Source: Vitrella brassicaformis CCMP3155
Taxonomy: Eukaryota; Protista; Chromerida
Length of the DNA stretch: 64,000 nucleotides
NCBI GenBank assembly: GCA_001179505.1
Contig: CDMY01000289.1
Span: 1-64,000, forward strand
Reading direction: 5' to 3'
In this document: positions 48,815 through 62,725 of the stretch, in pieces
Layout of the letters: the number at the start of each line of letters is the position of its first letter
Numbering within the stretch: position 1 is the first letter of the stretch
Program-made: the position numbers and the translations under genes
The notes under the pieces: model-generated
What the model was told of the DNA's origin: nothing
What the model saw: the letters and a program-made list of their open reading frames with translations, nothing else
Databases searched by the model: none

Positions 48815-51800
48815 TCACTCGATGGGCACAGCTGTCATGAATGTGTCCCCCTCAGGCTGTCCCGCCTTGTCGTCTTTCACAGTCCTGTCTGGATCCACCG
48901 ATTCGCACTCGTCCTGCTGGGTGTCTTCCCGTGCTGCTGGGTCGGGGGCTTCGCCGAGCGGTGGGGACGGCTTGTGCGGCACCAGCTTGGCCAGTTCGCC
49001 GACATCTCGCCGCAGCTTTCGTTTGATGGTGGCCATCTGCGGCCCCCTCTCGTTGATCTTCTGGAACAACAGCCGCAACACGCGCTCCTTGTCCTTCCAC
49101 GCCAGCTCCCCCAGCGGCACTCTCATGTCGGTGATGTCATGCAGGTCCCCTCCCTCCTCCCTCACTCGGCGGATGGCCCCCGCCAGGAATGTGTCCCTCT
49201 CGCCGCCCTCCACCGACACCAGTGACCCCTTGCCGCCATGCCGCACATACGGCAGCTCCCGAACCTTCCTCGCCGATCTCTGCAGAGAGTCTTTCGGCAG
49301 AGGACGCAGCGAGGTGCCGCGGGCCCGGTCTTTCGGCAGTTTGAGAGGCGGGACATTGGGCGGGCGCGTCTGGCGTCTCTCCGGGGGCGGGTATGTTGCG
49401 CGCATTCGCTGCTGCCGCGCTCTCGGTGCCCCCCTGGCCGGCTTCGGCTGATCGGGAGGCTTGGCAGATGGTGGCTGCATCAGGGACCGGCCGACGAGCT
49501 GCAGCTTGTCCAATGCTGACGGCGCCCTATCGCTCTCATCACAAGGGGGGGAGGGGAGGAAGGGGGGCGGGGGTATGGCGCCGGGCGATGGCCGCGATGG
49601 AGGCGACGCTCTCCGAGCTGGCTTGGAAATGGGTGTGCTGGGGTCGGACGTGACTTCATTGACGATCGCCAGCGACCGCTGGCTGCTGTGGGATGGCACA
49701 TGGTGTACCGGCCGCTGCGTGTAGAACGAGGGCTGGTTGGTGGGCGGCTCTATCGGCATGGACGGCACATGTGGCTGGGGGCGCGTCGGCAGGTCAGCAC
49801 GGGCCTCGGGGCGCACATCCGGCCCGGCCCCAGACTGTGCGGATGAGACATGTGCGGTGAAGAAAGAGGTGGCGAATGAGTCCTCCTGCACAGACGGGAA
49901 GGTCTGGCTGGTCTGGTACTTCTCGGCGGCGGGTGCTGGAGGGGGCGCCACGGGGGCGGGAGGGGCAGTGGGGGCGGTTGGCTCAGGGAGAGGCAAGGCC
50001 TCTCGTTGGGTGGGGCTGATGGGGGGTAGAGAGAACTGCATGATGCGCTGTCGCTCTTCTTCTATGTCTCGCTGCCTCCTGGTCAGCCGCTCTGTCTCCA
50101 GCTCTTGAGACACCTCATCCAGGCTGTCATTCAGGAACTCCTGCAGCAGAGCACGCAACAGCCAGCCATCGGTCGGCCGGTCTTTGCCACATGGCGATTG
50201 CTTTCGGGGCGCACCTCAACACGAGAGCGCAGGCCCAGCAGCTTCTGGCAGTCATCCTTAGCCTTCTGAGTGGCAACGGCATGGTCATGCACAACTCGAT
50301 TCAGCCTCTCGACCTCTTTTGCCTGCACCCGGCACAGCTCAATCAGCTGTTCCTTTGACGTGGGCGGCACATCGGAGTCAGCCGAGGTCTTTCTCCTCCC
50401 CTTGGAGGGCCGTCTGATGGTGTCTCGAAGGCCGGGGATGCTCTTCGCGCGGATCTTGGGCGGCAGCGGGGGCGCCGTCAGTCTCTCTGTCAGCTCATAG
50501 GCTGAGACACGGGGGCCCTTGGTGGCCATCTTGGAGGGGCGTGGCCGGTCGGTGAGGGGAAGGAGGCATGTGCGTGACTGGTCGATGGAAGAGGGGAGGG
50601 CGGGGAGGGGCTGACCGTCGAGAAACGTGTCCACATCCTGCCTTTCTCGCTTCAGCTGGGCTGATAGGTTCTCCGAGTGGCCTTCGAGTGTGTCGATCAG
50701 CGGCAGCAGGGTGGTGTTCATCTTGCGGCTCTGCGCCAGATGTGAGGTGGCCTTCTTGAGCATCTCCTTTGTGGTCTCGTGCTGGTGTCGCTCTTCCATG
50801 AGCTGCGACTTGATGTCCTTGATTTGCTGCTTGAGCTGCTGTCTCTCCGTCTGGTAGAGCTGCACCTCGCTCTGCCACTTGGACGACAGCTGCTGCTGTG
50901 CCTTTAGGTCCTCACCCAGCACTCGGGCCATCTCTTCTTGTTCGGTCGCCAGTATCTCGCTGCGGACCTTCTCTTTCATGCCTGCATGGAAGTTGTTGGG
51001 TGGGTGTGGTGTGAGAGACAGAGAGAGACAGTGCGCATCGCATCGATGGCTTGCTCTCACCAACCGGCGATTTGTTGGGTCTTTTCTGCCAGCTCTCGTT
51101 CGTGTCTCTTGGTCTGGTCGTAGAGGGTCACTTTCAGCTTCTCAATGTCCTCCTGCTGCCGGTGGATCTCCTCGTGGTATCGCCGCTCGTCGCGCCTGAA
51201 GGCCTCGTAGGCAGCAGACTCGGCCTTGAAGGCCTCGTTCTCTTTCTTGAGAGCCGCATTCTCCCGTTGCAGTGCATCCAGCCTTTCCTTTGCCCCTCCT
51301 TCCCACTTGCTCCTCTCCTCGGCCAGCCTGATGGTGAACTCCACCTCTTGGGACTCGATGTCCCGCTCGAGACGGCAGATGGTCTTTTCTCTCTTTTTGA
51401 GCTCCTCGTGCAGCCACTCGGTCACCCGCTGAGATTCCCTCTCCTGGCTCTCCAGCTTGTCGGCCATCAGCTCATGCTGCTTGTGCAGCTCCTTGATCTT
51501 CTCGGACTGCTCTTCCACCCTCCTCTGCAGCCGCTGGTGCTCCGCCAGCATTGCAAAGGGAAGCTGGAAGGCATTCTCCGAGTCTTGCAGGTCGGCGCCG
51601 GGGCTCGGCGGCCGCCGGTGCTTCCGCAGGTACTGAAAGGTGCCCCTTTTGGTTTTGATGGAGACGTGCTTGGTCCTTTTGAAGTAGGAGGAGGCCCTGG
51701 CCTTCCTCGTCAGGTGGGATATGTGTCGGTCGTGTGGGGAGGCCGTGCGTGCGCTGCTGGGGCGGCTCTTGTCCCAATGGCTGGTGGCCGCACTCTGCGA

Positions 51801-51842
51801 GGAGAGAGGGGTAGAGGGCATCGACTTTGAACGGGCTGACAT
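48815..51842 (-). CDS. Large coiled-coil protein with a Pro-rich disordered C-terminal half (3 exons)
   Basis: Long heptad-rich ORFs 51057-51881, 50131-51063 and 48815-50158 joined by short introns. Confidence 0.75.
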
Positions 51843-52000
51843 CTTGGAGTTTGCCGATCGTCTTGGGGCCCCCGCCCCCACGAGATGATCTCGCTTTCGA
51901 CTTGGAGAGTTGGAAAAAAAAAGAAGGTGGAGCGCGTGAGCAGACAGATTGACCGCTGCCGAACGACAGTGCAGACCAGCTGACTGCTGCGACCCGCACC

Positions 52001-52456
52001 ATGAGCCTCAGCAAGTGCTACGGCGCTTCATATCAGGAGGGGTGGTGGTACAAATGGGAGCGGCGGGAGGGGATTCTGGTGGTCGAGGGCGACCATGGCA
52101 AGGGCGTCAGCCTCCGGGCGACGCTGTTTGAGAAAGACTGCAATGGCAGAAGGGGCGATATCGTGATAGGGCCCGTGGACCTCGCCAGTAAGGACATCGA
52201 CAAGTTCAAGTAAGTGCACGAGGGAGATCTCCATGCATGCACACAAAAAGACGACGTCACACATCTGTATGATGTGTCATGCGTGTGCATGCATTTGTCT
52301 CGGGCTCAATTCAGGGCCGAGGACTTTGAAGATGAGGTGAACGGCGAGCGATACACCGTGACGGTTGATGATGACGAGGAGCTCTCCGAGCCGGGGAGTG
52401 ACTGCAGTGACATGGACGAAGACGAGGGCAGCACGGGCGAGTCGGACGAGGAATGA
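52001..52456 (+). CDS. Small acidic protein, 2 exons, possibly a partial C2-like domain
   Basis: Intron 52212-52315 joins DKFK|AEDFEDE; SLRATLFEKDCNGRRGDIVIGPVDL weakly resembles the C-terminal half of a C2 domain; D/E-rich tail. Confidence 0.55.
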
Positions 52457-52902
52457 TTCCACTCACGGCTCGAAGGGGGGAGGGGGAGTGAGAGGGGAGT
52501 GTGAGGAAGGTTGTCATATTGCATGTACCTCAATTCTACCCATCCTTCTACCCACTTAGTATCCCCATGGCGCTTGCGCTTTTGAAAACATCACTAACCA
52601 GCCCGCCGATTCACAAGAGAGGGATGCGAGGATCCGACTTGTGTGAATGTGTGTACATCCTAGCTGCATCCACGTCTAGACAAACAGACAGACAGACAGA
52701 CACGTGTGTGACGATTCATGAATCCATGCGATACAGTTGTTGTGTGCGGAATGCTCAACAACAGTTGGAAAAAACTGCATGATCCGTCTAATTGGCATCA
52801 TCCACCCCGCCAATACGCCACGCACCCACCCACGACCAACAGTATGTAGAGGGGTCAATGATTCATCCATGCAGTCAATGTCTGTCCGCCGACCTACGTA
52901 TC

Positions 52903-55874
52903 TCATCTCATGACTTTGTAAGGGTTGAGAATGCCGTTGGGATCCAGCAGACGCTTCAGCTCTCGCTGATGAATCCATTCATCGATAAACAAACGTACAC
53001 ACACATACACACCAATGCACTGCATGTTTTGCTATACCCATCTGCTCCCTCACCATGAGTTCGACGTGTGCCATCTCATTCGCGGCGGTGATCTTGTCAG
53101 CCTTCATCACACCTGCATGCCATCCATGCAACACACACACGGACAGTGGGCGTGAAGAGCAGAGCAGAGCCATCCATCCGTCGATCCATCCATCCACGCA
53201 TCAATCCATCCATCATGTGGCTGACCGAGGCCATGTTCAGCCGACACAGAGCCCTTCACCGACTCTGAATGCGTTTGATAAGCAGCAGGCAAGAAGTGCC
53301 CACATATACGTACATGCTGTGTGTGTAGCATGTGTTGTCTCTTCATGTAACTGACTCACTGATGTAGTCCCATATGAATGGCTCCAGGGCGGCCTCGAGC
53401 TGTTGGCACGCACTCAGGTCCTCAGCCAGCACATTGATGTGCAGATTAGAGTCACCTGCACCCACACATGAATGTCAGAGGGAGGTGAGTCCTGTCTGTC
53501 TGCGTCTTTTTGTCTGACGTGGGATGGCCTGCCTACCGAGGTGCCCATATCCAACACACGTGTGGCCGGGGATGCCCTACACAGACAGACAGACGGTCGA
53601 AAGGCGATGAATGGATGGATGGAAGCGTAAGTAGCTATGGTCGGTCGGTCACCGGCTGACCTTGAGTCTCTCTTTGAGCAGCTCAACGATATGGTACATG
53701 CCTGTGAGGGGCAACGTGATGTCGTACTTGTACACCTGACAGACGCACGTCAATCAAACAGCCAGCCGTCAGCAATGCAATGAATGCATGGATCTGTGTG
53801 CACGTGTTGTCTGATCTATCGTATCTCTCACCTTCCCCGCATGGCCCATTGCAGGCCCGATCGACTCCCTGCACACAAATGGCATCCGCGCCCGCACATC
53901 ACATATTCTGTCTGCTGTAGCCAGCCCACTTGCCTGAGCTTCCAGAACTCCTGTATCTGTGTGGCATTCTCGGCATACACACCATCCTACACACACACAC
54001 AGATGGATGGACAGACGCACAGGAACGAACACATTGACGCATTTAGTGGCAAGCCGTACATCTTTCCCTATTTCACTCGCTGACCGTGACGGTTTCATCT
54101 TCGATGAGTTTGCCGACCAGCTTCTCGACACGCGCATAGTCACACGCCTCATCCTGACCTTACACACACACATCGACCACAGACGGAGAGAGGGGAGGGA
54201 GAGATTGCCAGGGGCCGTGACGACCGTGTGTCGAAGTGTGCTGACTGACCTGAGGTCTCCACGAGAAGGTAGAAGGGCGAAGCGCTCTGGAAGGGATCAC
54301 GGCTGCCCTGATCAGTGGATGGGAACCGACGAGACGTCAGGGCGCTGGTGTTGTATGGGTGTAAGTAAGGGTGTAGGGTGTGGTGACTGACCGGTATGTG
54401 TGTGGTGACCATTTCGAGCGCCGACCGATCGAAGAACTCGACGGCAGAGATGATGTCAGACATCCGACGGCGACACTAAACGACAGACGCACACCATAGC
54501 CCGTCCAGTGTGTATCCATCCATTGCTCTCTCTGTGTGTGTGTCGCTGCCCACCTACCTCAGTGGCTGCCTGCACGACCTTATCGAAAGAGTCACACTGG
54601 AACAGACACACTGCAACAAACAAAGGGGCGGGGAGGTAGTGATGGGGTGTGCGGGGAAGGACGGGCAATCGACGGTGTGCTGCCTACGTTGTACTGATGA
54701 CGACTTGAACGGACAGATCATCGTGACAGCTGTGACGACGCCCTGCATTGCAACACAAGGCAATTGACAAGAAAAGAAATACCCTTGACTGACAAACTGA
54801 CTGACACGATTGATTGGCACATCCGTCACCTGTATGCTATGCTATCCATACCAGTGTGCCCTCGGCGCCGATGAAGAGCTGGTGCGCCTTGTACCCCGTG
54901 TTGTCTTTCCGCAGCAGACTCGTCATGTCCACCCGCGTCCCATCGGCCTTGACCACCTCCAGCCCCAGCACCGACCCGCTGAGCGGCCCGTACCTGAGGT
55001 ACCTCAGCCCGCCGGCGTTGGTGCTGACATTGCCGCCGATGTGACAGCTGCCCTTGGCACCCAGGTCGATGGGCATGGTGAAGCCCCGCTCCTCCACGTG
55101 CTGGTACAGCGACTCGAGCACGCAGCCGGCCTGGCAGTGCAGCACGCCCGTCGACTCGTCGAAAGAGATGATCTGCACAGAGAGAGATATATATATATAC
55201 GAGGGCGGGGATGTCGGGAGGGAGAACTGTGGGTTCGTACTTTGTTGAGGTTGGCAAGGGAGAGCACCACTTCATCGAAACTGCACACGGAGACGATGCT
55301 TATCCCCTTTCTGTGTCTGCGAGGGGCCTGTGAGTGCTCACGTTGGCACGCTGCCTCCGACCAGCCCCGTGTTGCCCCCCTGCGGCACCACCGCAATCCT
55401 CTGGTCATTGCAGTACTTGAGCACACGCTGGGTCTCACCCACCGTCCTCGGCTTCAGCACCAGAGGACACTCACCCTCTGACACACACACACACACACAC
55501 ACACATCATTGCCCACCCCGTGGATGAAGGCTCCATCGCATCGGTCGCTGCCTACTGTATATGCCCATCCAGTCAAGATTGTACGGCGCAACCTCCTTCT
55601 CGTCAGTCAGCACGCCGCCCTCGCCGACCACACCCCGGAAGAAGTCAACATCCTCACCGTCCAGCTGCTTGAAGCGAGCATCGCGCTGAAACTGCGGCAC
55701 ATAATACCTGTTGCTGCTGTGCTCCTTTGGCGCTGCTGCTGCCCGCCTCGGCCGTGATGAGAAGCAGAGAGTGCGGTGGAAGGGCAGATGGGATGAATCG
55801 GGAGGGAAAAAGGAGCGCTCGAGCGCTCGCAAGAGAGGCACTCTCGCTGCGGCTTGACGCGGCAGCATCATCAT
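52903..55874 (-). CDS. D2HGDH: D-2-hydroxyglutarate dehydrogenase (FAD-linked oxidase family), mitochondrial presequence
   Basis: [98 protein letters not shown]; R/A/L-rich N-terminus. Confidence 0.93.
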
Positions 55875-56025
55875 GGATCTTCACTCGCTGGTGGACTCAT
55901 GAAAAGGGATGAAGTTTGTCGATATGAGATGACTGGCGAAGATTCGCACATCCCATAGCGCAGAGCAGCCTCGCGGATCAGTTGTTGCCGAGAGGCACCG
56001 GTGCTGTTCTTTTGGACCTGCTATC

Positions 56026-56035
56026 TTAGCTCGCA
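56026..56035 (-). promoter_or_regulatory. TGCGAGCTAA motif in the D2HGDH/ZIP divergent promoter
   Basis: ttagctcgca on the + strand. Confidence 0.55.
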
Positions 56036-56270
56036 TGAGAGGTCGGGCCGAGTCCTCCTTGAAACCGCTGCTGCGGTCAAAAAGAAGACGGCGCTGATGC
56101 TGATGATGATAAGACTCTGCTGACGCACAAGAGGCAGACGGACGGGAGGAATGCAATTGTTCAAGAGACTCGCTCGCCGTTAGACTGTGTTTCGCCGTTG
56201 GACGCTCGAAGTCGAAGAGAGGACAAGGGCGTGACACACAAACACACAGTGAAGCTGGAAAACTGCGGTG

Positions 56271-58230
56271 ATGGACGACGAGGATGACTATCGAGTTGGT
56301 GTCGGCCTCGGCCTGTCCGCGCTTGCCGGTACCGTACGCCCAATTGCCGGCACTCGACGCTGACTGCCAATTGCAATTCTGATTGTTTGTGGCTGTGGCT
56401 TGTGTGTGTTGGAGGCAGGTTTGGCGACGGCGGGCGGCAGTGCTTTGTCTTTCTGCCTGCCGACCTACAACCCCCGCATCTTCGCCGTGTGCCTGTCCCT
56501 CTCTGCCGGCGTGATGCTGTACATATCCTTCATCGAGATTTTCTACAAGTCCAGGGTACATGGCATGGCATGGCAGCACATGGATAGGATGACTGACACC
56601 GCCGCTCTCTCCTCTCATGCTTTGGGTACGTGTGTGTGTGTGTGTGTGTCTGTGTGTGGGTGGGTGTGTCAGGATGAGTTCATCAAGTCTGGGTATGAGA
56701 AGACTCAGGCGTATCCTCTCGCAACTGCGGTCTTCTTCTGCGGTAGGTGGCTGTCAAGCGGATATCCTCGCGGATTGACAAAACGCTGTTCTCTCTCTCT
56801 GTCTCTGTGTGTGGTGTGTGTGCAGGCATGGTCCTTGCCCAGTTGCTGGACTGGTGCCTGCATCGGTTGTTTGGCTTTGAGCATGACCATGACGAGATCC
56901 ACCAGGAGCCGCACGTGACGCTGGAGGGTCTGTCCAGGTCGCCCAAAGAGATGGAGCAGGAGGCCAAGATGACCCCACTCAGTGCCAGCTCCAGGCACAA
57001 GAGCATCCCAGTAAGTGTGTGTGATGCCTGTCGGTCGTCAGCGTGACATGGCGATCGGTTGGGCTTGTTCGTGTGATGTGTGGTGCAGACGTCCAAAAGC
57101 TGCCCGATCCCCGCTCCCTCCGTCACGCTGTCTATCGAAGAAACGGTCGACACCCACCCGAGCGCCGGCTCGGCGTCATCCCCGTCGACATCTCAAGATC
57201 CTCCCGAGGCGACGGACAAGCCCAAAGCGGAGGAAGACACAGAAACGGCGCCACCACAGGTGGGTGGGTGGCGGGGTGCGTGAAGACAACATGATGAATG
57301 AGACGAGTATCGAGTGCTGGTGTGGTATGTGTGGGGCGTCAGGAGGCCAGGGGCGTGGCGGGAAAAGAGGCTGTCGGGAGGCCGTCAGGCGACAAGGGGA
57401 AGCTGCTCAACCTATCGCTGTTTAGCGGGCTGGCACTCGCCCTCCATAATTTTCCAGAAGGCATTGCGACATTTGCAGCCGCACTGGCCGACCCACGATT
57501 CGGGCTCGGTAAGAATGGAGCCCACACACATCAGACACGCAGACTGACTGATGGTTCGTTCTCTTTGGGTGTGTGTGTTGGTTCATGTTGGTTCAGGCGT
57601 GGCTGTGGCGATAGGGATTCACAATTTCCCTGAGGGCGTGGCTGTGTCGGTGCCGATATACTATGCGACAGGGAGCAGGTGCAAGGCCTTCACCTGGTCG
57701 CTCATTGCTGGCCTCGCCGAGCCAGTCGGGGCCGTCCTGAGTAAGCGGCGAGCGACACACACATGCACTGCACGGAAGCATGCTCAGCCCACCGCACGCC
57801 CTTGGTGTGTCGTTCTGTGTCTGCCTGTCAATCGGTATGTCAGCGTGGCTGATACTGTCCAATAACATATCCTCGACGGCCTTCGCCATTCTGTTCGGGC
57901 TGGTGGGCGGCCTGATGGTTCACATATCTGTCAGGTACACACAAAAATCGCAGCCCATCGAGATGGTCATCTGGCAGCCGCCCCACCACCTACCACCACC
58001 TCCGTTTCCTGCAGGAAACTCATACCAACGGCTCTGAGATACGACCCACAGGTGAGTGAGCGGACGACTGGGTGAGGTGGGGGGGCCGTGCAGGGTGCTA
58101 ACGGAAGGTCGGCTTCGTGTCTGTGTTGGTCTGACTTCAGGATCGTGTGACCTCTGCCCTGGTGCTCGGGGGTATGGCACTTATGGCGGTCAGCCTGGTG
58201 ATCTTCGTGGCTATCGGCTTTGACGAGTGA
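56271..58230 (+). CDS. ZIP family zinc transporter (ZupT/ZIP11-like)
   Basis: [14 protein letters not shown], His-containing loop, two HNFPEG motifs ([31 protein letters not shown]), [27 protein letters not shown]. Confidence 0.92.
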
Positions 58231-59647
58231 TGGACAGACAGACAGACGGATGGATGGATGTGTGTGTGGGTTTAGGGGGGTTGGGTTGGAGGGGACCGGA
58301 AGTATGTCGGTTGAAGTGTATAGCTGGCTTGCCAGATGTGTGTATGGTACAGGGCAGGCCGTGTGTGGGCGGGCCTGTTGTGTGTACAGACCGCCTGACT
58401 GACTGACTGACAAGGGAGAGAGATGTATTGTATGCGTGTGTAGATGTCAGTCGGCAGAAGTGGTTGGATTGACTGACTGACACGTGGGTGTGTCTGTATA
58501 GCTCAACGTAAGGAGGCGTGACTGACATTTATGTCCCTACCGACTGAAAGGTATAAGATATATAGGTAGGGTAGATAGATATGATGGATAGATAAAGTCA
58601 CACACACACACGACACACACCACACACCACAGTGACTGACAAGCAAGCACTTAAAACTCCCAACCAACCGATCCACCAGCCAGCCACACCTCCGTCCGTA
58701 TCCACGCATTAATTGTCCTCTTCTGTCTGTTCTGTACGACCAACCCAACCAACGCCCCAGAGCACACCAGACACTCCATTCGTCAGAGAGGGTACCTGCC
58801 CGCCTGTCTGTCTGTCTGTCTGGTCCCATTGAGAGTGAAACAAGTATGGTATGAAAAATGGGACCCATTGCAATGCATCAGTGAGGGACGCCCACACCAC
58901 ACCCATATGCCGTCAAATCGATGTCGGCTCGTGTCAAGTGTGTGTGCAGATGCGATGACGTCGCTTCGTTCTCGGCCACCCGCGTACAGGGGCAGGTCAT
59001 GTGCAGTGACCTCGGCCAATGCATGTGGGTGGACCACAACGAAGCTCCGCAATCGCTGACAGCACCGGTGCTCAGTACGCAGTCCAAGCGACACTGGCAG
59101 GCTGGGCTGGCAACCCCCTTCCTCTCTGTCTGTCTGTCCCCCACACCAACCATCCAACCAAGCAACATAAATGCGTAGCCGCATCCATCCATCCATCGCC
59201 ACACCGTCAGTCAGTCACATCCATCTGTACATATCTCATCTCAGGCAGACAGGTAGGCAGCCAGCCATTCAAACCAAACCCCTCAACTCGCTCAACCACT
59301 GGCCCGTACATCCGTACCGGCCTAGCATCACACACACACAGCAAGCGGGCAGGGCAAGGTCGGCAAAAGGCAGTGGCTGGGAAGGAAGGACGGGCTGGGA
59401 GGGGCGAGCTGCTCGAGCTCGACGGCCATCCCGGCCAGCAGGACAACACAAAAATCGTATCTCTCTCGGCAGTGTTTTCTCTCTCAGAGGGACAAATACT
59501 GTGTGAGCAAGCCAAGTGTGGCGGCAGACAGGGAGGTAGCAACGAGAGCAAGGTGCGATCATAGGAAATAGCAACACAAGACATGCACACACGCAGGGGA
59601 GCGGGAGGGACGGAGGGAGGGAGGGAGGTGACATCCCCCCACCCCCC

Positions 59648-60406
59648 TCAGAGGAAGTGTCTTTTCTCGAGTGCCCTCATGCGCCTCCACATCAGTATGG
59701 CCACCACACCAACCTGTGCACATACATCACAGGATGCATCACGTGGGTGCGGTGGGTGCATGTTCGTTCCCTGGCCGGACATAAATGGCTTACCACAGCG
59801 ATGATGCCGAAGACCATGAAAGAGCTCCGTGTCGCGTGAGACTTGATGTGCGTCTCGAGCGTCTTGGCACGCTCAGCCAACTGACATACACAGACAGACA
59901 GACAGACAGAGGGTGTATGTTATGTGCCGCTGGCTGTGGCGTGTGCATGTCTGTCTGTCTGTGTGGGCGTCAGTCAGTGGTCACGCACCTCTCTTATGTG
60001 TGGGCTCTCTTCGCCTGCTGATCTGTCGGTGTTCAAGTTGGCCACAGTTCTGAACACAGACGCACACACAGACAGAGGTTTGTGGGTGCGGTGCATCCAA
60101 CGCCACAGCTCCATGCTGCGGCACGCACCTGTGGAGCGTGCTCAGAGTGCTCGAGTGCTGCTGGCTGTGCTTGGAGAACATCGTGCGCAGTCCCATTAGC
60201 TGGACGAATGATGAAGAGAGGCACCACACACATATACATACACAGCGGTGCGGCGTGCGTTTGTGACCCACCCATCACCATCACGCACCTCAGATTTCAT
60301 GGTGTGTATTGTTTCGGTGTGGTTGACGCCCGTGGCCGTCTGGAACTCTTTCCTCAGCTCCTTGACGTCAGATATCAGCTTGTGCACCTGCGCCTGAAGC
60401 GAACTG

Positions 60407-60439
<33 letters not shown>

Positions 60440-61516
60440 CATTCGCCGGCTGTATCTGTCCTCCATCTGTCTCTCCCTCTCTCACTCACTTGAGTGTTTT
60501 GTGAATGGTTTGCTCCCTTGGCCCGGCCTCGGAGATGTGTTTGTAGAGCAGCCGGGTCAGCTGACGCAACGCCTCGGTCTGCTCGTGCTGCATCAGTGGA
60601 GTGAGTGGAGCGATACATACACATTCACAGCATACATTTGAGACATGATATGAGATGCATTGCCGATCCATCTATTCTTTCTTGAGTGTAGCCACCTTAC
60701 CTTGTCTTTGTAGTGTGAGTGGTCTCTGAGGATGTCGCCCGCATCGGCGTCACCCAGAGCTGACCGTGACAAAGAGCCAACAAATACATACACAAGAAGG
60801 ATCACATCACCGTGAATGGTGGCCACAGAGGGATGTCTGTGGCGTGCTCCGCCCGTCCTTTCCTCACTTTCGTGCATTATCGTGGTGTCCTCGCCGGGCG
60901 TTGACATGTCCAAATTGTACCTGCACACAGGTTGTGGCGTCCACGTGTGCGTGTGAGTGCGTGTGTGTGAGTGTGTGTCTGCCTGTATGTGTGTGGTTCC
61001 ACCCTTCATACATGTGCAGGCCGTAGATCATGACTTTGTCTCCCTGGTGATTGGGAGACCCCTCCTCAACGCCAGTGAACCCAGTGAAACCGATAAACCC
61101 ATTCGGCTGCAACCGAATGTCACTCTTCTGCACACACACACACACAAAGGCGAGAGCCGGTCGGGAAATTGTCACGTTGTGTGTGTAGCGCCATACATCG
61201 ACGTAGCCTACCCTGAAGACGTCTATGTATGGCGGGTTGGCGGCGGGGTTGACTTGTATCTGTCCACTGATGCCCTTGGGGCCCACGGCCAGCCTAAACC
61301 GCAAAGGAGTCGGCGTGTTGCGCCACCGAAAGTAAAAGGCATCTGTGGGTGGAAGGGGGGGCGAGAGAATGACATTTTGGTACAGGGGAGCGAGCAGCGA
61401 TGTGTGTGTGTGTGCCTGTGTCTGTGGTTACCCTTGGTTGGCACGTCTTGTGTGAAGATGTAGTTCTTGGCGCCGTCGCTGTAGGCAACAGATATGGACG
61501 GATTCCACTACACACG

Positions 61517-61548
<32 letters not shown>

Positions 61549-62619
61549 TGGAGATGCAGACAGAGAGAGGTGTGGGCCAGCCGCCCTGTGAGTCACCCAC
61601 CTTGTTGCTGTTGTCGAAGTTGCTGAAGAATATGCCGAGCCCCTTGAAGTTCTGCTTGTACCCAAACAGGCTCCACAGCTTCTGCTCCTCCTCACTCTTG
61701 GGGTACACCGTCACATAGTCCTCCATCGCATACCTACACCAACACACACAGTGCCTTGTGCGTGTGTGTGTGCGCGCGCGCGTGGCTGTCAGACTGACTG
61801 ACCAGAATGCGAATCCCTGTGAAGTGGAGAAGTCCGGCCCGCTGACGATGAAGTCAAATATCACCTCAAAATTGCCCGTCTTGACCGGATCCTTGTGCCT
61901 GCAGTCAGTCCAGCAAGACAAGAACGACACACACAAGCCACACGTCAATCCAGACACGCGAGTGCGCCTTTCCCTGACTGGCTCGCTGGCTGACCAGAAC
62001 TGTCCAGTCCTGTTGGCCACCATGGGTGTGAGGACGACAAAGTTGCGGGCAGGGATGGAGGCACCAGCCAGGTCCCAATCGTTCAAAGTGTTGTCTGCAC
62101 ACACATCGCACACACACACAGACACACACACACACATCAAGATACCACATAGTCCGTCCCATTGTTCACTCACTCACCGAAGTTGAGAGGCGACTCGAAC
62201 GAGTGCCTCATCATCTCCAATCTGTCCGTCTTGACGTCCTGCGCTGGCTTCGGAGGCGCCGGGGGAGGCGTCACAGCCGGTGCCGCTGGCGGCGGCTGCT
62301 GCTGTTGCTGTGGTGGTGGTTGCTGTGGTTGTCCATAGTGCCCGTACTGCGGCACCTGTCCTCCCACCTGCTGCTGCTGCTGCCCATAAGGCACTCCCTG
62401 CCCATACGTCTGGCCGTACTGAGCGTATGGGTTATACTGCTGCTGCTGCCCTGGATTGTGTTGTGGCGGTGCCTGACCATAGCCTTGCTGACCATACTGT
62501 GGCGGGATGTTGCCATAGGGCTGCTGGTAGGCGGGGTAGCCGGCGGTGGGCGGCGCCTGGGAGTCCACAAGCGGCCAGAGGAGGACCGGGATGCACCCGA
62601 GGAAGGGCGACAGCTTCAT
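59648..62619 (-). CDS. ERGIC-53/VIP36-like L-type lectin cargo receptor with an N-terminal Q/Y/G/P-rich insert
   Basis: Signal peptide; HSFESPL, WDLAGASI..FVVLTP, NFEVIFDF, GFAFW, FKGLGIFFSNFDN, FIGFTG; coiled-coil stalk, TM, cytosolic tail ending EKRHFL-stop. Confidence 0.85.
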
Positions 62620-62725
62620 GAGCGTTGACTTGAGAGATGAGGCCTCAGACCTGGCATATGCTGCCTAGGCGAAGATCGCTATCAATCAATCACTCCTTAA
62701 TGCTTCGTTTTTCTCTGTTGCGTGT

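Noticed and set aside
1416-53790. Repeated TGCATG/TGCATGCA (known ApiAP2 and RBFOX-type motif) in introns
   Set aside because: Readily produced by TG/CA-rich composition; no positional pattern evident by eye.
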